From: Prorocentrum cordatum
Lineage: Eukaryota
Direction of reading: 5' to 3'
DNA length: 64,000 nt
Assembly (NCBI GenBank): GCA_963575745.1
Contig: CAUYUJ010000078.1
Location: 1-64,000 of the forward strand
The notes under the pieces were generated by a model. The model was not told the origin of the DNA. It worked only from the letters and a program-made list of their open reading frames with translations, and ran no database searches. Positions within the stretch are counted from its first letter, which is position 1. Each line of letters begins with the position of its first letter. The translations under genes were made by a program, and so were the position numbers. Shown here piece by piece: positions 1 to 11,543 of this stretch.

Positions 1-2040
1 CCTGCACCGCTTCCGCGGCGATCGGCGCGTCCTGCGCGCCACGCGCCGCCGCGGAGCCCCGACCCCGATGCCTGCAGGGCGGCGCCTCGTCGGACTCGGA
101 GTGCGCGATCTCGGCTTCTGCCGCCAGCACCATGGCTCGCGTCTTTGCGGCCGGGTACCTGTGCGCCGCCAAGCGCCGCGCCCTCGCGACCCAGGCAGCG
201 CGGCCGTGCCCCCTGTCGGAATGGAGTGCCCGAACGCGGCCACAGATCTCCAACCCCCTTCGAAGAACAGCGCTGCAGGCCCCCCGGTGCGGAGTGCCTG
301 TGTGCGAGAGACACGAACTGCGCGCGGGCCCTGGGTAGGCAGGGGACGGCAAGGGGAGCCCATGCCTGGTCGGCCCGGCCGCGCCTGAAGCAATGCGTCC
401 CCCACTCCAATGCCCTATGGAGCCCGAGGTGGGCAGCGGCGAGCATGACGCAAGCCAGCCCGTCCACGTAAGAGACGCCCGGCAGGAGCTGCTCGCCGGG
501 CCGGAGCGAATGCCGAATGATGCAGACCGCACACAATCGTTTGCCCTGGAGCTGGCATACGCATACCCTCCAGACCTCGCGATACGGGGAGCCCGGGGCG
601 CGCCCCGCCGCGCGCGCGCGCTCGGCCCGCCGGGTCGGGAGCTACTCTCCCCTTCCGCTGGCGGAATTGCACCTGCACCTGGTGCTTTCCTTCGTCTACG
701 TGGAGCGAGACGGCTCTATGCCCAGGCGCATTCAGCCCCACTACTTCGGAGCCGAAGCGCAAGCAGAACTGCCAGCATATGACGAAAGCGTCGGCCATAT
801 CGCCGCGTCCGATCTGCCAAACGCCAGGCCCGCGGGCCGGCACGCACGGCAGGCCGCTTGAAGAGCGCGCGGCCGCGCCTCGCGCAGCCAATCCGACATC
901 GCGCGCACGTTTTCGGCCGTGGCGCGCGCGCGAAATCTTTGCGCACCAGGCGGTTCCGCCTGCCGCCGATATCATGGGCTCGCGGCCGACGCGCGCGGCG
1001 GCCGTACCTTTCGGGCACCGAATACCAGGGCCCGCGTGTCCGCCAAAGACCCTGTGTCTGCGCGGAGCAGATGCAGGACTGAGCGAATGCCCTGCAAATA
1101 GTTCGACAGGGTCCCCGGGCGGCGACAGAGCGCCACCATCATGTCCCGCGCGATGGCGCACGGCACCCAGGGCGGGACGCCTGCCGCATCGCACGCCTGG
1201 CCGTACAACTCCACCGCCGAGGCATACGGGTATGCCGAGAGCTTCCACGCGCGGAATTCTCGCCACAGCGCGGCCATCTGGATGCGGCGCATGCACTCCA
1301 GTCCTGCTCCTGACACCCGCAATTCCTCGGCGCGCCGACGAGGTGTTCCTGGCACCCGCCGCACGCCGATGTCCTGCCTCGCGCGCACCTCCCGCGGAAT
1401 GCCGCCTTCGCTTATGAATATCGCGGGCGGAACCTGGAGTTTCGTCAGCTGGCGGATTGCCTCTGCCAGCATCGGCGGCGCTGGTACCTCCGCGCCGCGC
1501 GCGGTGCACGAGGACGGTGGCGCCGCGCGGTGGTGCCTGCCGTGCCTGCCTTGCCGCTGACAGCAACGCGAGGGCTTCTTGAGGCGTCAAACCCCCGCCG
1601 GGCCGGCGTTTCGCGCGCAAGCCCGGTGCCGGCGCCGGGCACTTGGCCGCTTTCTCGAGTAACGTTTCCGCCGCCTTCGCGCCCACGGGTCAGCGGGCGG
1701 CGGCCGGCCTTGCTTGCTCCGCCGGAAGGGGCGGAGTTGCGCGCGCGCGCTCGACCTGGGAGAGCGATGCCGCTGCATCGTCCTCCCGGGGCCGCTTTGC
1801 CTTTTCGTGGGTCAGCTTGCGCGCGTGAGTAATAAGCGTCACGGTGAAGCACTCTGACCACTCCCGGAGGCACGGGAACACTTCCCTCGCCTCCTTCGCC
1901 GTGAATCCGGACAGGTCGGGGGGATACGCCGCTCCTTCGGCTGCGAGCATGGATGACAGACACTGCAGAGCTTCCGCGCCTACCGGATGCGAATCATTTT
2001 CGGGCGCCCACCGCGACGCGTGTGACAAGCACGCAAGCAT
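1..2040 (-). CDS. Tyrosine recombinase of the YR retrotransposon, about 9 predicted introns; runs off the window edge
   Basis: Catalytic signature after splicing: FCLRFGSE (R), RQRKG (K), RVCVC..LCAVC, WGTHCFRRG (HxxR), GGWRSVAAFG/Y (W, Y). Introns 1675-1755, 1488-1545 (or -1536), 1326-1388, 960-1007, 814-878, 576-630, 298-365, 159-229, 32-85. One apparent 1-nt deletion near 272. Confidence 0.85.
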
Positions 2041-2133
2041 GGCGCCCGCGGGCCCCCTCTCGCGGCGGGCCTGGTCGTCACGCGCTCGCCGCGCAAGCCT
2101 TTGCGCCCCCTACAAATTGCCCCGTGCTACTTG

Positions 2134-5100
2134 CTATGCATGCCCGCGCGAATGCCAGGGCGCCGCGCGGGGCCATGGCCACGCCACTCGGGTGAAGCCC
2201 TCGCGGTGCATGGCCGCAATCGCGGCCGCCTTCGTGGCGGGCCGCGTAGGGGCGTCTGCCACGTTGAGCGCGGATGGCACAAACCACGCGCTCAGGAGGC
2301 ACCGCGCGGTCGCTGCTGCGAACCAAATATCTGCCACGAGCGCGTTATAATCTGCCTGGCGCGAGGTCCCGCGTAGGAGCACCCCGAGCGCGGCCTGGCG
2401 CGGTCAGCGGAGCATCGCACGGGCAGCTCGGCGACCCGCGCCCAGCCGCGCCTTCGAATCGACAAACAACACGATTTCCGCATCGCGCAGCGTCGCGAGC
2501 AAATGATGCAAGGCGCAAACGGCCGCGACGAGTTCCCATGCCGCGACCTTTCGCAACACGGCGGGCTGTCCGCCAGGCTACGCGTGGCCGGGGCGCCCCC
2601 GCCTGCGTCTTGCGGTGCTTCGCCCACCGCTTGATCGACGAAGGCACATCAGCCGCTGCATAGCGCTTACCGCTGGGCCCAATGATGACCCACGCGAGCC
2701 TGCGGAGGCGGGGCGGGCCGGGCAATGCGGCCGCCGTTCCAACAGGCGCGCGCGCATGTCGCCTGCCGCCGCCCGTCGCGTCGGAATAGACGAGGTAGCG
2801 TGGCCGCTCCGGGGTCACCCGCAGGGGCGCCGCTCGTTCCGGCGCGCTCCGGAGGAAGCGCAGCCACCATTCCAATGCCCCGCGGAGCCGCGACTTCAAC
2901 CTCCAACCCCGCTGCTGCGCGTGCCAGAACAGCGGGGCGAGGTATACCCGGGCACCTGCCGTCGCTCTCGCGCGCGCGCGTCGCTCGCGCGCGGGAGCTT
3001 GGGCGTGCCTCTGCCGAACACCGCAGTGGAGCCCCATCCGAGTCTGAGTCTGCCGTCGAAGTTTTGCGATATGCCGAGCCTTCGCCTGTCGAAACATTCT
3101 CCACTCCTCGAAGTCAACCTCACTCGATCTCGTTGTTTCACACTGTGGCGCCTTGTCAGCCAACTTCGCTTCCCAACGATACTAACGAGAAATATGAAAA
3201 TACAAGAAAAACAAAAACATAAAAATAAAAAAAAAATAAATAGAAAATAAATTAAATGTACAAGAAAAAAATAACATAACGAAAATCAACAAATAAAAAA
3301 AAAAAAAAAAAAAAAATAAAAAAAAAGAAGATAATAACATACTAAATAAAACGATATAGAAAAGTAAAAAGATAAATAAAGTAACAAATGAAAACTGAAT
3401 ACAAATTAAAAAGAATAAATAGCTTCATCTATACCCCTGCCACGCACTTTGCCACGTCGACGCCAGAGCACAGTGCCCTCGGCCTCCAGGCAACAACGAG
3501 CGGCTTCTGCCGGCGTCAGCGCCAGCCCAAAAAGTCTTCGACGACCGCCCTCAGGACCTCTGCGGCATCGCGGGGGCCGCCCGTGCCGGGCCCCCTGTCC
3601 GCGTCGGCCCGGAACAGCTCGTCCACGAATCGGCCCGAAGCGAGCGAGAACAGCTTGGCAAGGATGGCCTGCCGCGCTCGCGGGGCGCTCGCCGCGCCGC
3701 CGCGGCGCTCGCGCCTCGCGCCTGGAGCGCCGCCCCAACGCGGTCCCAAGCGTATCCGCTGCCCACGGCGCCGAAGGGGCAGCTCAAGAGTTGCAGACAG
3801 TAGCCCTCGCGGGCTCCCTTGGCCCATACCGAATGGGCCAACGGGAGGTCGGCGCCTCGCAAGGGCAACGTTTTGTAAGCACCGATGAAATCTTCTTTGC
3901 TCAGCACCGGCGTGCCGGCCGCGGCCGCGATCCGCGCCAGCTCGACCAGAGCATCGAGAGAATCCACCCTACGCGCGGTCGCGGCGACACGGGAGAGCGG
4001 ACAGCGCGCGCGAGGGGCGGGGGGGGGGGAAAGGGCCCGCCTGCACCTCTCGGCTGCGGCGGCGCAGTCATTAACGCCCGCGGCAGTGAAATCGTCGATC
4101 GCGCGCACCTGGACGCGTTGGCTCCCGGCGCGGCGCCCAGGGGAGGGGACGATGCATGCCGCGGCGAATGCGCCATTCCTTGCGTATCCATTCTTCCAAC
4201 TTCCAGCGCCATCCCTCGTCTACAGGGAATCGCGGGTTTAACGCCGCCCCGCGTGGCAGGTCGGACAACCGGACCCACGCTGCCTGGCCCGCGGCCACCT
4301 GCGCGCTCGCGGACGTCGCAGCATGGGCGACTGTCCCCGCTGGCTTGCGCGGCGCGCGCCTCTTCGTATGCTTTTTCATGCAAAATCTGGGTGACTTCCG
4401 CGTCGGTCCCCAGATCCCGAGACACGCGCTCGAGGGTGGCGGCGTTCAAAGTGTCCGCTCGGCTGCGCAACTCGGATGGGCATTCGGCTCCCTTGGGGGT
4501 CACGGGCGCGTTCATGCCCGAGCGCGGCAGGACCCCCACTAGCGGGAAGCCCCGCTCCATGTCACGCGTCAAATTCACGTCGGACGCCTCAAGCACGGAG
4601 CCGCGCCCCGCTGTCGCGCGCGCGCGCTGCGTCGCTGGTCACCCCTGCAGCTTGCATCATTTCGGCCAAAAGCAACAAGTTCTTGTCAGGCCCAAGGACG
4701 GAGCGCACATGCCATGGTAACTTCGCATAGCGTGCCTCGCCCGACCGCGCTCTCCGCCGGTGCTTCGCGGTAGCGGCGTGCCGGGCGGCGCCTTCCATTC
4801 TGAAGCCGTCACTCGTTTGCGCTCTCGCCAAAATTGCAACGCCGCCTCGCGCCTCTCTTGCAAGAGTGCGTCGCTCGTCTGGCTCGCCGCCACCGCCGCA
4901 TCGCGCTCAGGTCCCGCAAGCGGCGCTATCTCGCGGACTCGCGGCAAGTGTGCCGCCCAGGCGGCGTGGCAAAGAGGGCTCATGCCCGCCCTCTTGTCTT
5001 CGTCGTCGAGCAACGCATCCACGGCGGCTTTGATCTGCGCGCGCGCGCTTCGCGGCTCCGCCCCCGTAGAGTGGCGGGCAAGGGCCTCTTCAAATGCGCA

Positions 5101-5400
5101 GCCGGCATCGTGGATTTGCTGGGGGCAAAGGCCGCCGCCCCCGCCTTCGGCGCCGTCGTCGGAATCAACATCCGCGTCCTGCGCTGCGCTCGCCGCGGGC
5201 GGGGCGGTCTCGCGCGCGGCGCACTGGCGGCGCCTCCTGCCCCTCGGGCGACGGCCCGCGCCACACTGCGCCCTCACCGCTGTCGGCAGGGTGCAATGGG
5301 GAGGCCCCGTCGTCTGCATCACTGGCTGGCGCGGCGCCCCCGCGGGGGGGCGCGCGCGCGCGCGCGCGGAGCGCGCCTCGGGCGGGCGAATAATTAGCAT
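2134..5400 (-). CDS. Reverse transcriptase-RNase H of the YR retrotransposon, at least 10 predicted introns; damaged around 3020-3600
   Basis: Spliced motifs: GFPLVGVLPRSG, PRFPV, K/VRAIDDFT, SKEDFIGAYKTLP, CPFGAVGSGYAW, FVDE (YxDD site, variant). RNase H: YSDATG, WELVAA, LFVDSK/AAL, WFVPSALNVADAPTR. Introns 4736-4791, 4588-4642, 4299-4359, 4109-4178, 3969-4040, 3669-3721, 2956-3008, 2700-2762, 2548-2602, 2395-2451. Start position approximate. Confidence 0.85.
3175..3430. other. A-rich low-complexity patch interrupting the RT region
   Basis: Abrupt switch from very high GC to A-runs; frameshifted RT sequence on both sides. Confidence 0.7.
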
Positions 5401-5422
5401 GCACAGCGCCGGCGCCCTGGCT

Positions 5423-7215
5423 TCACCACCGCCAGGACTCCTTTCGCTCAGGCTTGTGCCACGAGCTCCCCGCGTCCTTGGGAGCCCCTCCCTTGCCGGC
5501 CTTTCCGCTCCCCTTCTTGCTGAAGGTATCGCGGCGGGGGCTGCGCGAGCGCTGGCGGAGGACAGGGCTCACCGGGGTCCGTGGCTTCGCAGCCTCGCGC
5601 GCCGCGACGCGTGCTCGCGCTCGCGGGGCGCGCGCGCGCGGGCTCGCGCCTGGTCGCGCCGGTCGCTGCCGCCTTTCTTGCCCCCGCCCTTGGCGAACGC
5701 CGCCTGGCGGTCCGACTGCTGGACTCTCTCCTACAGCGCGCAGCGCGATGCACGATGCCAGGGCGGCGGCCACTCAAAAGCGCTGCGCTCCTTGGCGGCG
5801 CGCAGAATGTCCCACGACAACGCAGTGAACGAGGCCGTCGCATCCTCGTCGCCGTGTTCCAGGTCTTTCGCCACTTTCTGGCGGAGAAGCAAATCGTACG
5901 TGTAGGAAACCTGGACGCGGCGCGGGCTCCCGCGCGCGGCTCCCTGGGCATCGGGCCCGCCGCTCCGCGGACGCGCCTTGACGCCCCCGTGCTCCTCGCT
6001 CACGCGCGCGAGCTGGTACATGTATCCCAATAGCACGACGGGATCAAACACTTTGGACAGGATGCAGCGAAGCCCCCACTCCATTACGTGGGCCTCGCGC
6101 CACGGGGCGCGCGTGGGCGCGCGCGCTGCGCTGCGTCGCGCGCGCCCTGGAAGTGCGCATAACCGAGAAAATCCATTCGGTCCAGGGCCGCACCCGCGCG
6201 GTTCGCCGCGGTGACGGCCGACGCGCGATCGCGCCACGAGCCCGCCCCCGCTGGTACCGAGTCCAGCTTCGGCATTCGCGCCCATTGGGGCTTGCAGTGG
6301 TCCTGCGCGCGGAGCAATCGGCGAAACGGAAGCTTGTCATTGCACGTGCCGCCGAGCAGGGAGCCTGCAGGCTCTCGCCCTCGGCGCTCCCAATGTATGA
6401 GCGGCCATGGGACTGGGCCGTCCGGCCCGCGGCCGCGAATTTGCGCATCGACTCCTCGGTCGGCAATCCCTCACGGGGGAACTTGCCGAGCCAGACCTCG
6501 CGCACACGGTCCTGCCGAGGCGCGCATCCCCGAACAATGCCGCCCGCGCATGCGAAAACGCGGCGCGCCTCCATGGCAAACGCCAGCGGCTTCTCCCGCT
6601 TTTCTTCGAGCAATTCCTTGCTGGCCTTCACGTATTCTTCCATTGCCGCCGCAATCCGCGTCGTCTCCTCCGCGGGCTTGGCGGCCGCCTCCGCCGGGGC
6701 CGATTGCTGACCCTCCTGGCGGCACGCCGTGCGGCGGCCCGCGTCCTCGCGCACCAACGGGGCGGGGGCCTTCCGCCCGAAGGCATCCATCGCTCGCGAC
6801 TGTGTCCGCAGCGCCATATTGATGTGGCACGGCTTAATCGCGAAATCGCGCCACTCCGCGGAAGAATCGCCCGCAAACGGCTTCGCGCCTGGCTTCAGGG
6901 CCGCAATCAACATATCGCGCATGGCCGCGTCCGAGTAATCAATCGGGCGGACCGCCCCGATCGCTTCGGCCATCAGGCGCGCGACCGTGGTGCACAGCAC
7001 CAGCTCGGGAGCTGGCGATGCGCCCCCCTCCGCCGCGTTGGCCGCTGCGACGAAGAGGACCCAATCGGCCTTGCGCGCCGCTGCGAGTGGGCTCATGCCC
7101 GCGGTAGACGCACGGAGACGCGCGCGCGCGCCCTGATGGCATTTTTGTCGGCGCCGAATGCGCCAGCAGGCAGATCGCCAAGCAACTCAACGATGTCTGA
7201 GCGAGCCAGCGCCAT
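5423..7215 (-). CDS. Gag-like protein of the YR retrotransposon, 8 predicted introns
   Basis: ATG at 7215 (MALARSDIVELL). Introns 7070-7131, 6716-6769, 6512-6568, 6303-6364, 6094-6146, 5911-5976, 5731-5790 (GA-AG, removes an in-frame TAG), 5594-5649. Spliced product contains EEHGGVK/VSYTYDLLLRQK (YD..R motif typical of DIRS gag) and a basic tail ending ESWRW* at 5423. Confidence 0.7.
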
Positions 7216-7299
7216 GGATGCTGCGCGCGCGTCGGAAAGCGCCGTGCACGTATCCCCCTCGGCGTCCTTATCGCGCGCTGGCGGTTGCACATGACATAA

Positions 7300-7865
7300 C
7301 CCGCAGGCATCCAGCGCAAGAGGGCAGGCAAACGCACGCCGCAGGCATACTGCGCACCGGGGCTGACAGGCAGCATCCGCAGGCATACTGCGCACTGGGC
7401 CGGCATACGGCAACCGCAGGCGTACTGCGTACAAGGGCCGGCATACGGCACACACTTGCAGGCATACTGCAACGCACGCAGGCATACTGCGCTATGGGGG
7501 GGGGCCGGCATACGGCACTCGCAGGCATACTGCGCTTAATGGCCGGCATACGGCGCCCACTTGCAGGCATACAGCCGCACGCGCAGGCATACTGCGGAGA
7601 GGGGCTGACAGGCAGCAATCGCAGGCATACTGCGTACAGGGCCGGCATTCGGCATTCGCAGGCATACTGCGCACAATGGCCGGCATACGGCACACACTGC
7701 AGGCATACTGCACAGAGGAACGATTGCCGGCGTACGGCATCCGCAGGCATACTGCGCACAAGGGACCAGCATACGGCGCGCACTTGCAGCACAGCGCAGG
7801 GGACAAGTGGCCGGCATACGGCATCCGCAGGCATACTGCGCACTGGGTCGGCATTCGGCCCAGGA
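7300..7865. repeat. Array of about 20 short palindromic units GCAG-GCATA-CTGC / GCCG-GCATA-CGGC
   Basis: Directly visible, e.g. at 7341, 7379, 7398, 7437, 7521, 7621, 7743, 7810. Confidence 0.85.
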
Positions 7866-7954
7866 TGACCCGTACTCATGTGTGTCCTGACCTTCGAGCC
7901 GCAAAACCGACGAGGGACGTAGGTGCTCTCCACGAAGTAGACGCGCGGACCTGT

Positions 7955-8300
7955 GGGGGAGGAGGGGGGGGGAGGAACCTGCAACGGGAGAGAGAGGCGG
8001 CGGAGCGGCCAAGCGAACGCGCGCGCGGGAGGAGGGGCGAGGGGAGGAACCTGCGACGGGAGAGAGAGGCGGCGGAGCGGCCAAGCGAACGCGCGCGCGG
8101 GAGGAGGGGGGGGGGGGAACCTGCGACGGGAGAGAGAGGCGGCGGAGCGGTCAAGCGACGCGCGCGCGGGAGGAGGGGGGGGGGGGGGGGACCTGCGACG
8201 GGAGAAAGAGGCGGCGGAGCGGCCAAGCGAACGCGCGCGAAAAACGCATCCCGCCAGCGGGACGGCCACGCGTGAGACAAATCCCATTCACCTGCGACGA
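7955..8300. repeat. About 70-bp tandem repeat, 4 copies plus a partial
   Basis: Unit ACCTGCGACGGGAGAGAGAGGCGGCGGAGCGGCCAAGCGAACGCGCGCGCGGGAGGAGGGG repeated. Confidence 0.85.
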
Positions 8301-8451
8301 GAACGCGCTCGCGGGCGCGCAGGGTGGGGATCCGCCTCAGCCGTGAATAGCCGTCCCGCAGCATTAGAGACAAGCAAGAAGATAGCAATAGGGGCCACGA
8401 CGCTCGCGCGACTTCTCCCCGCGCTCAAATGCTGCCCAGAGCCGCACATCC

Positions 8452-8758
8452 TCACTACTACTACTAACGACGACGACTAACTAACTACTGCTATACTACT
8501 CCCTACTCTACTACTACTACGACTACTTTTGTTTTTTTCAAACACTACTACTACTAACTACTACTACTACTACGACTACTACTACATATCTACTACCTAC
8601 CTAACTACTATTCACTACTACTACTACTGCTACTACTACAATACTACTACTACTAATCACGACGACGACGACCGACGACGACGACGACGACGACCGACTA
8701 TACTACTACTACTACTTACTACTAGTGCTCCTAGTGCTACTATTTCCTACTACTACTA

Positions 8759-8839
<81 letters not shown>

Positions 8840-8951
8840 GACTACTACGACTACTACTACTACTACTACTAATTAAGACTAGTACTAGTACCAGTACTAC
8901 TACAACGACGAACGACTACTGCTACTACTACGGCGACGATTACTACTTCTT

Positions 8952-9032
<81 letters not shown>

Positions 9033-9042
9033 ATACTACTAT

Positions 9043-9125
<83 letters not shown>

Positions 9126-9141
9126 ATACTACTACTACTAT

Positions 9142-9191
<50 letters not shown>

Positions 9192-9193
9192 AC

Positions 9194-9234
<41 letters not shown>

Positions 9235-9270
9235 GCTGCTACTACTACTACTACTACTACTACGACTACG

Positions 9271-9302
<32 letters not shown>

Positions 9303-9364
9303 ACTCTACTACTACTACTACTACTACGACTACTACTAGTACTACTATTACGACTACTACTATT

Positions 9365-9417
<53 letters not shown>

Positions 9418-9442
9418 GCTGCTGCTACTACAGCTACTACTG

Positions 9443-9515
<73 letters not shown>

Positions 9516-9533
9516 GACTACGACTACTACTAC
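8452..9533. repeat. (CTA)n microsatellite
   Basis: Direct inspection. Confidence 0.95.
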
Positions 9534-11149
9534 CCGCCTCCGTGCCTTGTCCCCGTCGCTCCCTGGCAACACCCCAAGATACCCTCCCGCGTTTTCTTGC
9601 CGCGCCTTCACGGCGGGTTCGCCGCCTGACAGGCTCCAGCCGCCAACCCCTGGCGGGGCCGCCGTGGGGGGAGAGATCTGCAGAAGACATCACCGCCATC
9701 ACATCATCGTCGTCTTTGCTTTACTGGAAAGCGTCGCGAAATGAGCCGCGCCTAGACGACACGTCAAGAAATGACTTTAAACAAAGACCACGAAAAACAT
9801 GAACACCCAAGTGACCGATTTTCTCGTTCCCGGGTAACGGTTGTTACCCTGGGGGGGGGGGTCGGGCGGGAATGTCACGGTGACGGCGGCAGCGGCGTGC
9901 ACCCGCCAGGGTGCGTCCGCGCCACCGGCGCATCAATCGCCTGTGCGCACCACAGCATGTAAGAGGGGGGTCCAGGCCCCCCCCAGCACGATGGTTAGCG
10001 CTACACGGGGGTGGGGTCGGCCCGGGCAACGAGCGTTACCCTGAGGAAAAAAAAATCACCAGAAGAACGCAAGCGCGCCGGTACACGGACACGGCACGCG
10101 GACGACTGCTGTGCGGCGGGTGGCACTGCAATGTCATGGTAAACATGCAGGTTAAAACAGGGCTAGGATCGGGATAAATCGCTCCAGAGCGTTCCGGAGC
10201 GCTCTCAGAGCGTTCTGGAACGCTCTGGAGTGGCCGCGGCGCCCAATACATCCTCCAAACCCCCTAATTCTCAGAGATTTCGAGTTATCCCGATCCGATT
10301 TTGTCCCGATCTTCGCGTCGTCTTAAGGGAGGGGGTCGACCGACCGGCCCCCGTCGGCGCGCCGGCCACGGCGGCGACGTCACCCGACGACACGGGGCGC
10401 TGGCCAGGCTGCGGAGGCGGCGAGCCGCGGCGGGCTGCGGGGTGTTCGGCCACGTCGTCGAGTGGACAAGGGATGCCCATGCCGAGTACGACGACTAGGC
10501 CAGTGGCGCGACCGCCGAGGTGGAGCACCACTTCATCGGCGACGGCGTCGAAAGCATCGAGGAGCGCCGGCATCGACGGCGGGACCTTGCTGGCCCCAGA
10601 GGGCGACGCTGCCGGTGAAGGACGGGCGCAGTGGCGGCTCGCCAGCATCCCGAGATTCCCTGTCCTGCGGGCCGAGGATCCGCGGTCGACGGGTGCCACC
10701 GTGGAGATCGAGAATATCGAGAAAATGCCGCAGGCAAAGTCCGCCGTGAAGACGGTCGATGTGCGCTGCCCCGGAGGGTTCCGGTGGGGCCTGGGCGAGA
10801 GGCTTCTTCTCTCTCGTGGCTGGTCAGGGGGGGGTGGGTCTAAAACTGCTCGTCTCGAAGGGTTGTGACCCCCCCCCTTCAATAATACGAATTTGGAGCA
10901 GCGAAGTGGGCCGTGCGGCGCCCCTGTCGGCTCGTCGGGGTGCTTCTGAAGCGGGAGCGGAGCCCTGCGAAGACGGCGGTGGTCAATGACTGTCACTGTG
11001 GTTGCAGCCAGCTCTGTGCCACGTCGCTGGCAAAACGTAGAATCATTGAGTCAGAATTGTCATTGTCCACGTCCCCGTCGTCCGAATACACATTGTCGCC
11101 CGCGTCCTCGTTTTCGTCGTCATCCTCGTCCTCGCCATCACATTCGCCA

Positions 11150-11445
11150 TCCTCCTCCGCCTCCTCCTCCTCCTCCTCCTCCTCCCTCCTCCCCTCCTCC
11201 TCCCTCCTCCTCCTCCTCCTCCTCCCCTCCTCCTCCTCTCCTCCTCCCTCCTCCTCCTCCTCCTCCTCCTCCCTCTCCTCCTCCTCCTCCTCCTCCTCCT
11301 CCTCCTCCTCCCTCCTCCTCCCTCCTCCTCCTCCTCCTCCTCCCTCCTCCTCCTCCTCCTCCTCCTCCTCCTCCTCCTCCTCTTCCTCGCTCCCGCCTCA
11401 TCCTCATCGCCGTCGTACTGCTCCTCCTCCCCCTCCTCCCCCTCC
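11150..11445. repeat. (CCT)n microsatellite, 5' flank of LINE A
   Basis: Direct inspection. Confidence 0.9.
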
Positions 11446-11543
11446 AGCTGCCATCTGGACCCAAGAGATTGTCAGGGCAGCAGACAAACACTCACCGCCA
11501 TTCCACAGCATGTGGAGTAAGAACTAACTGGGCAGAGGCCCGC

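Larger units (their letters stand above)
1..8450 (-). mobile_element. DIRS/Ngaro/PAT-type tyrosine-recombinase retrotransposon, intron-rich; 3' end beyond the window, 5' boundary uncertain
   Basis: Order on minus strand is gag-like ORF, RT-RNase H, tyrosine recombinase, the standard YR-retrotransposon layout; motifs are recovered after removing short introns. Including the 7300-8450 repeats in the element is inference. Confidence 0.88.

Noticed and set aside
1..7215. Explaining the broken ORFs by programmed frameshifts or random decay
   Set aside because: Breaks coincide with similar-sized segments bounded by donor and AG sites whose removal restores motif spacing; simple indels would not add 50-70 nt each time.
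68..7294. Long plus-strand ORFs (e.g. 3449-4720, 4760-5905, 6407-7294)
   Set aside because: Antisense shadows of the GC-rich minus-strand YR element; R/A/P-rich with no motifs.
10986..11543. N-terminal extension of the 906-aa LINE ORF, and likewise 43850-44121 for LINE B
   Set aside because: Lies in the (CCT)n flank outside the element boundary; open frame by chance.
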